DNA of 40,618 nucleotides, taken from positions 1 to 40,618 of the IMG/VR virus record IMGVR_UViG_3300049060_000012, one strand, 5' to 3'. Within the stretch, counting starts at the first letter, position 1. Each line of letters opens with the position of its first letter. This document shows positions 33,433-40,618 of the stretch, one piece after another. A program made the translations under genes and the position numbers. The notes beneath the pieces were generated by a model. The model was not told where the DNA came from. It was given only the letters and a program-made list of their open reading frames with translations, and made no database searches. The stretch is from a virus (taxonomy: Duplodnaviria > Caudoviricetes).

Positions 33433-35004
33433 ATGAGCACGGAAGAGACGATCGCCAAGGTCCAGGCGGACCACGAACAGCGGCTACTCGAACCGAAGAC
33501 TTTGCCGAAGAAACGTAAGGGCAAGAACAAGAGAGTGCGGCCGAACACGGCGTTGATCTCGTATGCCGCGCTGGGGAAGATGTTGAGCAGAATTCCGAAC
33601 GCGCCGGAACTCGTCAGGGCTGTCCTGAAAGAGCGAAAGCGCAGCGCCTGAGGTATGAAATGACTAGGTGGATCGATCGACTGCTTCCGGTCGCGTGGCT
33701 GCTGTTCGTGGCCTACGTCATTGTTGATATGTACCGGATGTCACACTGAGGTATGAGCTGTGCTGACTGAAGCCGAAACGGCGGACATGCACAAGATGGT
33801 GAACGAGCTCGAAGCCACTGCTGATGCCGGCGGTCCGGGATCGCTCGCGGCTTGGCTAAAGATGCGGTGGCTCGCAGATGCGACCGGCGACCAGTGGGAA
33901 GCTACGGTAAAAATGCTGCTGTCCGAGCGAGCCAGGAATCTGAACGGAGTGAACGATGGGAAAGGTTAATTGCCCATGCGGATGGCAGATATCGGACGTC
34001 GGTGTCCCGAGCCACGAAGTCGGCTACGCGGTCAGTGACCATGAACTCGACGAGATGGCGGCTACTGTGCAGTCGCTGGAGATTATGGACAGCCGCAAGC
34101 TATGGGAGTGCTCGAAGTGCGGTCGCGTGGCGTTCGACTATCCGGAGGCTGGCAGCAACCGCGTCAAGTGGTACGTGCCGGATGATGGGAAGCCAGGCAC
34201 CCTGAATTCGATCGTCCCTGATCAGTGCATGCCCGAGTATCGAAATGTCGGGGGTGGCGTCACGAGCAGCATGCTGCGCACGTTGCCGCAGGCATTGGAC
34301 GAGTCGATTGCCAACGTCGAGGACCGGATCGCGAGAGCGCAGCGCCACCTCGCGAAGCTGAAGGCAGCGAGAGCAAGTATCAACACAGAGGCTAAGTAGA
34401 TGGGCGTCTATAAGCACTGCGTCCCAATGAGCATCGACCGCGTCGAGGTAGTCGAAGAACACGATGATTACGTCGTCATGGTGGAATGGCTCAAGCCAGA
34501 TCCGAAGGGCGTCTACCTCGTTATGAGCGACTACGATGAACCGACGTGGGCGGCGCGTAGGTTTGAAGCGCCACGCTCATCGCACAGCGCAGGAGATCGA
34601 CGTGAGCCGTAGCCCAACAATCGAGCAGCTGACGTGTGCCGCGAGTCCCGATCTGCCTCCAGTTCCTGCTGGAGTTAGGCCCGGCGACTTGATCATCGAA
34701 ACAATCGCGATCGACTGCAACGTTCTGCTACCACCTGAAGGCGAAGGCTGGGTGCTGAGAAGCTACAAGGATGGTCGCGCTGTCTGGGAACGGCAGAGAA
34801 TAGTGGGATCAGACCGATAGACCGGTCTTTCTAGGAAGAGGGTGACGGAGCGACCGAGGGAACGTTATGGCACATGACTTGGACGATCATCTACACAAGC
34901 GGGATTTCTGGGGGAAGACGCGAGGCGGGATCAATTGGCGACGGCTCGTGCTACCAGCGCTGGTGATGGCGGCGATCGGAGCCGTGCTGTTCTTGGCGTG
35001 GTGA
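33433..35004 (+). other. Small accessory ORFs beyond attP
   Basis: 33433-33651, 33660-33749, 33760-33969, 33956-34399 (CPCG...CSKCG), 34400-34612, 34602-34820, 34867-35004. Confidence 0.55.
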
Positions 35005-35005
35005 C

Positions 35006-35200
35006 TCAACCGCCCGCGCGCTGACGTTCGGCTTCAGCTCGAGCAGCATCGCGAATCGCCTGCCCGGCGGCGCCCAGCGCGTCGAGCTCGGCGTCGGTGA
35101 CGTCGCGACCTTCGCTGTTCGCGGTGTTCACGAGCATCTGGTACTGCTGCAATTGCTGCAGGCCCTGAAGGATGAGCTGTCCGATGATTGCGGCGTTCAC
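35006..35200 (-). CDS. Small helical lysis-module protein (possible spanin component)
   Basis: Coupled to the upstream lipoprotein; last gene of the late operon. Confidence 0.5.
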   Translation of the reverse strand: MNAAIIGQLILQGLQQLQQYQMLVNTANSEGRDVTDAELDALGAAGQAIRDAARAEAERQRAGG

Positions 35201-35544
35201 TTGCGTGCCTCGATTTCAGCGAGAAGTAGGTTGAGTCCCGCGATGATCGTCGCGAGCCGATTCTCTGCGCTCGTCGGGTCGGTCTTGTAGACCATGCGCG
35301 TCGCGTCGATCGCCTTCTGCGCATCATCGAGCGTCTGCGTGTACTTATCAGACTCATCGGGCGTGATCTTGCGCGCCTGCAGTAGCGTGAGCACCGTCTG
35401 ACTGCCGGTGTTGACGCTCACGGTGGCCGCGGCTGCCTTCTTGTTGAAGGTGTCGGCCGCCGGTACGCCGAGGGCGGCGCAGCCTGCGAGCAGCAGGAAG
35501 CAGAGATAGGCCACTGCGGTGGCGGCGAAGGGATGTCGCTGCAT
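35197..35544 (-). CDS. Lipoprotein, possible spanin component
   Basis: Signal peptide with lipobox LLAGC; lies in the lysis cassette. Confidence 0.65.
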   Translation of the reverse strand: MQRHPFAATAVAYLCFLLLAGCAALGVPAADTFNKKAAAATVSVNTGSQTVLTLLQARKITPDESDKYTQTLDDAQKAIDATRMVYKTDPTSAENRLATIIAGLNLLLAEIEARK

Positions 35545-35552
35545 GGTGGACC

Positions 35553-35690
35553 TCACTTGATTGGAAGGACGTCGAGCGCGGCCACGACGCACAGCAGGAT
35601 TACGGCCACCCACAACGGGGCCTTGCCGATAGCCGATGCGATGGCAGCGATGAGTGCGCCGATGACGAGAATCAGAGCGACGGTAATCAT
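35553..35690 (-). CDS. 45-aa two-TM membrane protein
   Basis: MITVALILVIGALIAAIASAIGKAPLWVAVILLCVVAAL; coupled start. Confidence 0.6.
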   Translation of the reverse strand: MITVALILVIGALIAAIASAIGKAPLWVAVILLCVVAALDVLPIK

Positions 35691-35887
35691 GTGGCCTCCG
35701 ATGCGGGCTGCGCCTTGTTTGGAATGACGTACTGCGCCACGAACGTCACGACGGTCAGCAGCGCAACAGCATCTTCTGCGGTGACCTGAATGCCGAAGCC
35801 TTCGTTGAGCACGCGCAGGATCAGGTAGGTGACAGCGCCGGTGATACCACCGGCCACGACCTTTCGTTGTGGGATCAGTTCTTTCAT
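35687..35887 (-). CDS. Holin-like two-TM protein
   Basis: RKVVAGGITGAV...; two hydrophobic segments; adjacent to the endolysin. Confidence 0.6.
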   Translation of the reverse strand: MKELIPQRKVVAGGITGAVTYLILRVLNEGFGIQVTAEDAVALLTVVTFVAQYVIPNKAQPASEAT

Positions 35888-36231
35888 GCGCGAACTCCAT
35901 CTGGAGAGTAGCTGTAGTGATTGCCGTCAGGGCGCTTGAATCGACCTCCCCACCGACACCGCGGGTGCAGCTGCTCCCAATACTCGCCGAGCCGTCGATG
36001 CCCTTCGCTCGAGTCGATGAAGTCGCCGCCGACGAACAGGTTCAGATCGATCGCGAGGCGTTCGGTGTGCAAGCTGTTGCTGATGCCGCTGCCATTCTTG
36101 GCGTTGAGCGCTGCCTGCTCTGGCGTACGCCAACACTCGCCGAACGTGAGTTCCATTCCGTTCTGATTCGCAAATTCGATCAGCCGCGCAACGAGGCGCA
36201 CGAATTCGCTTTGCTGTTGGCGTATGCTCAC
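35884..36231 (-). CDS. Endolysin, M15-family Zn peptidase
   Basis: RTPEQ, SLH...AIDL, WGGRF...DGNH. Confidence 0.9.
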   Translation of the reverse strand: MSIRQQQSEFVRLVARLIEFANQNGMELTFGECWRTPEQAALNAKNGSGISNSLHTERLAIDLNLFVGGDFIDSSEGHRRLGEYWEQLHPRCRWGGRFKRPDGNHYSYSPDGVRA

Positions 36232-36509
36232 TTCATGCGCTCCACGACCCACTCGCGCAGTTCAGCCAGGCGCTTGAGCGAATCTGTATAGAAGTCCGCG
36301 ATGGAGCGCGTGCACTGCTCGATGATCTCATGCCGCATGTCGCGTAGGCCGCGGATCTCCTGGCCCTGTGAGTGCGTGCGCTCCTCGAGCGTCGCGATGC
36401 GCTCATGTTGCTTACTGTCCTCCTTGACGTGGATGAACAGTCCTACAGCGATACCGATGACGCCAGTGATGACCATGCCGAGGACCCACTGCAGGACTGT
36501 TGCGTCCAT
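36228..36509 (-). CDS. Single-TM coiled-coil protein (holin/antiholin-like)
   Basis: N-terminal TM segment followed by a coiled coil; coupled to the endolysin. Confidence 0.55.
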   Translation of the reverse strand: MDATVLQWVLGMVITGVIGIAVGLFIHVKEDSKQHERIATLEERTHSQGQEIRGLRDMRHEIIEQCTRSIADFYTDSLKRLAELREWVVERMK

Positions 36510-36736
36510 CAGTCGTCCGGATTGGCCGCGGTCATGACGACCTTGCCGAGCGCGTAGGAGATGAACAGGCGGTCGGCAAAGGTGAACTGGTAGTCGTCCG
36601 GCTTCGCGCGCAACTCGTCGATCTTCGCGAGTTCGGCCGCGCTGAAGTGATCGCGGACACCTTCGTAGTGCGGGTTCGCAGGATCGAACGCGTCGAGCAG
36701 TGAGTGCAGAATAGTTCCGCTGGTGATGTGGCTCAT
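36509..36736 (-). CDS. Hypothetical protein
   Basis: Coupled at both ends. Confidence 0.55.
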   Translation of the reverse strand: MSHITSGTILHSLLDAFDPANPHYEGVRDHFSAAELAKIDELRAKPDDYQFTFADRLFISYALGKVVMTAANPDD

Positions 36737-36984
36737 GGAGACTCCGATGGCATATGTGGATGCGGGTCGTGCCCAGTGCGAATCAGCTCCGTCTTGATAT
36801 CCTCGTAAAACATCCGCAGCAGATCGTAGCGGCTCCAGAGGCCGTAGCAGAAGACCAGGAGCACCATCGACAGCACGAGTGCGGCGACCGCGACAGCGCG
36901 ATCTGAAATGACGATCTTGACCTTCGCCTCGGAGGTGTAGCGCTTGTTGTCGCTGCCGGCCTTGCGCGTCTGCGTCGTGCTCAC
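36733..36984 (-). CDS. Single-TM membrane protein
   Basis: GTGA overlap at 36981-36984; AVAVAALVLSMVLLVFCYGLW. Confidence 0.55.
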   Translation of the reverse strand: MSTTQTRKAGSDNKRYTSEAKVKIVISDRAVAVAALVLSMVLLVFCYGLWSRYDLLRMFYEDIKTELIRTGHDPHPHMPSESP

Positions 36985-37256
36985 TTGCGAGCCTCCACCG
37001 CCGCCAGACGGCGCTCGACGGCCTCCATACGGAAGTTGAACTCGTCCTTGGTGATCGGCGCCGGCCGGTCCTTCAGCACTGCGACGTCCTCGCGCAGCTG
37101 CGAGATGCTCGACGCGCCCCACACGACCGCGGTCGTGAAGATCACGGCCACGACGCCCATGAGGCCCTTGAAGAACAGCGTGAAGCCGGCCGAGTCATTG
37201 GAAATGTGCATCCCGTCTCCGCGTAGTTCCGTGGCGTAGTCGTCGCGTTCAGGCAT
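36981..37256 (-). CDS. Single-TM coiled-coil protein
   Basis: GLMGVVAVIFTTAVVWGA followed by a coiled coil. Confidence 0.6.
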   Translation of the reverse strand: MPERDDYATELRGDGMHISNDSAGFTLFFKGLMGVVAVIFTTAVVWGASSISQLREDVAVLKDRPAPITKDEFNFRMEAVERRLAAVEARK

Positions 37257-37259
37257 GGG

Positions 37260-37766
37260 TCACGGGTCGTCGGTCTCGTAGCAGATTGAAACGCGGATGA
37301 TGTCGTTCGCGGCGAGGCCCGCTATCTGAAAATCCGTGCCGGCGGCGTTATCCGAGTGCTCGCGCAAGTACAGCACTGAGGTTTCAGTTGTCGAGATGAA
37401 CTGTGCCGAGAGAAATGCGCCTGACGTCGTGAAGTCGAGCCCACTCGACCACACATGGCCGATCGGATTTGTGCTGGCTGCCTTTGAATAAGGCGCCCCG
37501 GTGATCTGCATGTAGCCTGTACCGCCAGCCGTGATCGCCCCAGCAAGGGTGATGTCTGTGTCGATAAAGACGCGTCGGCCGTACCTGCTGTAGCGCGATA
37601 TCTGGCTCGCGAGTTCGTATGTGCCGGCAGTTCCGGATCCTCGAATGCCCGCCGTCCAAGATCCATGCTTCGGGTACTGCTTGGCGAGTTCGTTTAGGAC
37701 GGTCGCGATAATGGTGCGGTGCTGTTTCTCATCCGCGCTGTCGAGAGGAACGAGGGGGAGGGCCAT
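37260..37766 (-). CDS. Tail needle/fibre-like protein
   Basis: GSWT...RYSRYGRRVFI...ITGAPY resembles fibre C-terminal beta domains. Confidence 0.6.
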   Translation of the reverse strand: MALPLVPLDSADEKQHRTIIATVLNELAKQYPKHGSWTAGIRGSGTAGTYELASQISRYSRYGRRVFIDTDITLAGAITAGGTGYMQITGAPYSKAASTNPIGHVWSSGLDFTTSGAFLSAQFISTTETSVLYLREHSDNAAGTDFQIAGLAANDIIRVSICYETDDP

Positions 37767-38207
37767 TTACGGGGATGAAACAGTAGCGCTCATTGAATAC
37801 GTCGCACTCGCGCGGATGGTCTGCGATGTCTTATCGCGAGTCTGCACAAGCCACGAGCCGCTGGAAACTCCCAGCGAAGATCGACTAAGTGTCCAGCGCC
37901 GTGAACTCGACAAGTCGAGCCATGTATCCACGGCGGGGCCAGACGATGGAGCACTGCCCGATGAGACCGTCAACAGGATTTGATAGGAACTACCCTGCCC
38001 AACAAACCCAGCAGCGAATCCGCCCCACTCTGGCAAGCGACTGGTCCCGACACCGGTCACGTAGGTCGTCAAAGATCCGTCAGTGTCAAACAATGTCTCG
38101 GCCGATGCGCTCGACGGGAAGTTTGCACCGCCATCGACAGATCTGCTTGTGAGTTGCGGCTTGCCGATAAAGCTGCCAGATAGCAGCGCAGACAGTATTC
38201 CGCTCAC
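37767..38207 (-). CDS. Ser-rich putative receptor-binding/adhesin partner of the tail fibre
   Basis: GTGA-coupled to the fibre gene; more AT-rich codons. Confidence 0.55.
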   Translation of the reverse strand: MSGILSALLSGSFIGKPQLTSRSVDGGANFPSSASAETLFDTDGSLTTYVTGVGTSRLPEWGGFAAGFVGQGSSYQILLTVSSGSAPSSGPAVDTWLDLSSSRRWTLSRSSLGVSSGSWLVQTRDKTSQTIRASATYSMSATVSSP

Positions 38208-38950
38208 GTGAGCCCTGCTCCAGAGATCATCCAGCCTGTGGCGGTGTACTTAATCGCTGTAGCAACCCCAGGAGAGGTCAGTGTTCTAGTACCTGTGCCA
38301 GAAGTACCTGCCAGCAACAGCGTGTCGGTCGTAATTGCAATCGACAGATTGCCTGAGCCCTGATGTATGAAGGTCAACACAGTTCCGACCGGATACGCGA
38401 CGGACGCGTTCGCTGGAATGGTGAACGTATGACCGCCGGACCCTGTGTACGCGATGTGCTTGCCGGCGTCTGTCAGGACCAGCGTGTAACTGCCGCTCTG
38501 CGAGTTCTGCGGGATATTTCGGAAGCCGACGTTCTGCGGATTCAGCAGGTAGAAATCATCAGCACCGCTGTCTAGCACCAGGAAGGCCGGCGTACCAGCG
38601 ACGAAGTCTCCAGGCTGGAGCGCTTCACCGCCATAGCGAAAGACATCCAGCGCGCCCAGTGAGTCGATGTTGAGCGTGGCAGCGCCGGTGTTGGTGTTGG
38701 CCGGGGTTAGCGCGCACGTCATTCCAGCGCTGTATGCCGTGAGGTCAGGCGTCATGCTGCCGGTGATCGTGTTAGTCCCGGCAACGCTCGCCAGCACCTT
38801 GACCGCGTTGATCTGCGCCTCGACGGCGATGTCGGCCATGACCTGTCGGCAGGCGTCATTCAGCGACGCAGCGCTCTGTCCTTCCGGGAAGCCGTTCGGC
38901 GGCGCCGAGTTGTTGTTCGCGGCGACAGTTGAGTACGACGTGACTGGCAT
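38204..38950 (-). CDS. Tail fibre protein
   Basis: NNSAPPNGFPEG...NDACRQVMA anchor, NTGAATLNID, IPQNSQSGSYTLVLTDAGK...WMISGAGLT. Confidence 0.75.
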   Translation of the reverse strand: MPVTSYSTVAANNNSAPPNGFPEGQSAASLNDACRQVMADIAVEAQINAVKVLASVAGTNTITGSMTPDLTAYSAGMTCALTPANTNTGAATLNIDSLGALDVFRYGGEALQPGDFVAGTPAFLVLDSGADDFYLLNPQNVGFRNIPQNSQSGSYTLVLTDAGKHIAYTGSGGHTFTIPANASVAYPVGTVLTFIHQGSGNLSIAITTDTLLLAGTSGTGTRTLTSPGVATAIKYTATGWMISGAGLT

Positions 38951-38985
38951 GTAGAGTGAACCTCGAATAAACAAAAGGACCACAG

Positions 38986-39261
38986 ATGCGAGCCATTGCT
39001 GCTATCGCTCTGCTTCTCACGGGCTGTGCCACCGGCAAGGCGATCTACCTGCCAGATGGCCGGCAAGGCCACGCGATCGACTGCTCTGGCGTCCCGATGA
39101 CCTGGGGTGATTGCTACGCCAAGGCCGGCGCAATCTGTAAAACCGCCGGTTACGACATCGTCAGCAAAGAAGGCGAGGAGTCGGCCGGTGTCGCCGGCAC
39201 GCAGTACGGCGTCTTCGGAAATCAGACGTACAAGCGCTCTCTGGTGATCGCCTGCAAATGA
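38986..39261 (+). CDS. Lipoprotein moron on the opposite strand
   Basis: Lipobox LLTGC, four further Cys, AAGGA RBS; opposes the late operon. Confidence 0.75.
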   Translation: MRAIAAIALLLTGCATGKAIYLPDGRQGHAIDCSGVPMTWGDCYAKAGAICKTAGYDIVSKEGEESAGVAGTQYGVFGNQTYKRSLVIACK

Positions 39262-39386
39262 GAGCCGCCGCGATCACTCTCGTGTGCGGCCTCGTCTGCG
39301 TAGGACTTGGGGCGATCAACCTCTGGCTGGGAATTCTTTCCCTGCCAGTCATGCTCGGCCTAGCGAGTTCGTTCCGAGTCAAGTAG
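39258..39386 (+). CDS. 42-aa hydrophobic membrane microprotein, not in the ORF track
   Basis: MRAAAITLVCGLVCVGLGAINLWLGILSLPVMLGLASSFRVK; ATGA overlap with the lipoprotein stop. Confidence 0.5.
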   Translation: MRAAAITLVCGLVCVGLGAINLWLGILSLPVMLGLASSFRVK

Positions 39387-40618
39387 TCCCGGCACTGTCG
39401 CCATCAGGTATTCCGGCGGAAGTCCATAGGTGGACTTCGGGACAGCCAGCTTCTGGCCAAGCGACGAGAGCAGCAAATCTCGCGCTGCCATTCGCGTGAA
39501 CGGGTACAGAAGCGGCAGCGGGTTACCGGAGGCGCCTGCGGTGAGCCCGCCAAGGATCATGTCTGTATTGCTGACGGAACCGCTGTCCGTCATGAGCTTC
39601 GTCGCTTCCTTAAACGCCTGTGCCGTCTGCCCGACTTGCTTCATACCACCGGTGAGCGGCTTGCCCTGATTCAGTTGCGCAGCCAGTTGGCGAGCATCGA
39701 AGGTGCCGAGCTGTGGATTCAGCGCATCCTCAGCCGAGTACGTCTTGGCAATCATCTGCCGAGCGTTGCGGAAGTTTGCCAGGAGATCTTTCGCGTTGGC
39801 GCCGCGGCGTGACAGGCTCCGCTCGATCGCATCCTCCATCGCCTTCGCTGCGGCCTTGTAAGCAGCGCCAGCCTGCTTCTCGCCGGCCGCATACGCCTCA
39901 TCGGCATTCGCGCGCAGCACGGCGATGGTGTCGACCGCCGTGTCTGAATCGATCGCCTTCGCCTTGAGCGAAGCAATCGTATCCGTGACGTCCGTCTTCG
40001 CGAGCTTCGGGAATTTCTGCGCGACCTTCGACAACTGACCAACGGCGCCGTCGATGTCAGCCTCGAACCTGCTATCAAGCCGAATCGTGCCGATGCCTCG
40101 CACTGGCTTGTAGGCCTGACCGGCTTCGCTGCGCAGGAATGGCAAGGTGCCTTCTGCGACATCGTCGGCCGCACTCAGGCCGAGGTCTTTCTTGACCAGC
40201 GCATCAGTGACGGCCTGGTTTCTCATCGACGCATCCTGTGCAGTCGCGGTCTTACCGCCCCACGACTCGAGGAACCGGTTCAGCAAGCTGGGATTAGTCG
40301 TCGCAGGCGGCACCACGTAGCCAGCTTTCTGCGCCTTCTCCAAGGCCAGCGTACGCATGGCCTTCGGGTCGAATGCGGCCGGCGCTTGTCGGGCAGCGTT
40401 CGGCGCCGGCAACGTTCCACCAACAGCGGCCTGCCCCACGAAATCGGCGGCCTTTTCCGTGAAGTTCTCTGGCTTCGGCACGCCGAGCTCGTCGAGTGCG
40501 CGATTCCACGTCTGCGATGGAATCTCGTAACCCTGAAACGGCTTCGGCGCGATCAGATCCGACAACTGCTTTGGCTGTCGCTTCTCGTCGATGTAGTTGC
40601 GCACGCCGACGCCAGCAT
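39360..40618 (-). CDS. Ala-rich helical ejection (DNA-transfer) protein, 5'-truncated by the window edge
   Basis: Frame is open to the window end; helical composition; lies upstream of the fibre genes. Confidence 0.6.
   Translation of the reverse strand, partial: AGVGVRNYIDEKRQPKQLSDLIAPKPFQGYEIPSQTWNRALDELGVPKPENFTEKAADFVGQAAVGGTLPAPNAARQAPAAFDPKAMRTLALEKAQKAGYVVPPATTNPSLLNRFLESWGGKTATAQDASMRNQAVTDALVKKDLGLSAADDVAEGTLPFLRSEAGQAYKPVRGIGTIRLDSRFEADIDGAVGQLSKVAQKFPKLAKTDVTDTIASLKAKAIDSDTAVDTIAVLRANADEAYAAGEKQAGAAYKAAAKAMEDAIERSLSRRGANAKDLLANFRNARQMIAKTYSAEDALNPQLGTFDARQLAAQLNQGKPLTGGMKQVGQTAQAFKEATKLMTDSGSVSNTDMILGGLTAGASGNPLPLLYPFTRMAARDLLLSSLGQKLAVPKSTYGLPPEYLMATVPGLLDSERTR

Noticed and set aside
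37260-38950. Diversity-generating retroelement or invertible tail-fibre switch
   Set aside because: No reverse transcriptase, invertase or template/variable repeat pair seen in the window; the missing genome segment cannot be assessed

Overview
Most of the genome of a temperate, high-GC, podovirus-like (P22/SU10-type morphogenesis) tailed phage in its free, unintegrated form: attP, carrying the 3' half of tRNA-Glu, is intact and internal at 33326-33373. Both window ends fall inside the same virion (ejection-protein-like) module, so the genome looks circularly permuted with an unseen gap. Minus-strand late operon, in order: Q-like regulator, pR'/tR', a cluster of Ser/Thr/Gly/Ala-rich appendage-like genes, TerS, TerL, portal, scaffold, major capsid protein (MCP), a TPR-glycosyltransferase / GT-A glycosyltransferase / methyltransferase trio, adaptor, nozzle, [gap], ejection protein, tail fibres and lysis genes. 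The window also has a lambdoid cro/cI switch with five GGCAA-N4-TTGCC-type operators, a Zn-finger primase fragment plus VapE helicase with an iteron origin, RecT-like and Gp157 genes, many microproteins, xis and int. Highlights: (1) the MCP gene is split into three exons by two related group I introns, one carrying an HNH homing endonuclease, and predicted splicing restores a 334-aa MCP that the ORF track misses; (2) intron 1 has mutually exclusive 5' hairpins that could couple splicing to translation; (3) a candidate virion protein-glycosylation module sits directly after the capsid gene. All family assignments come from recognising motifs by eye; no searches were run.
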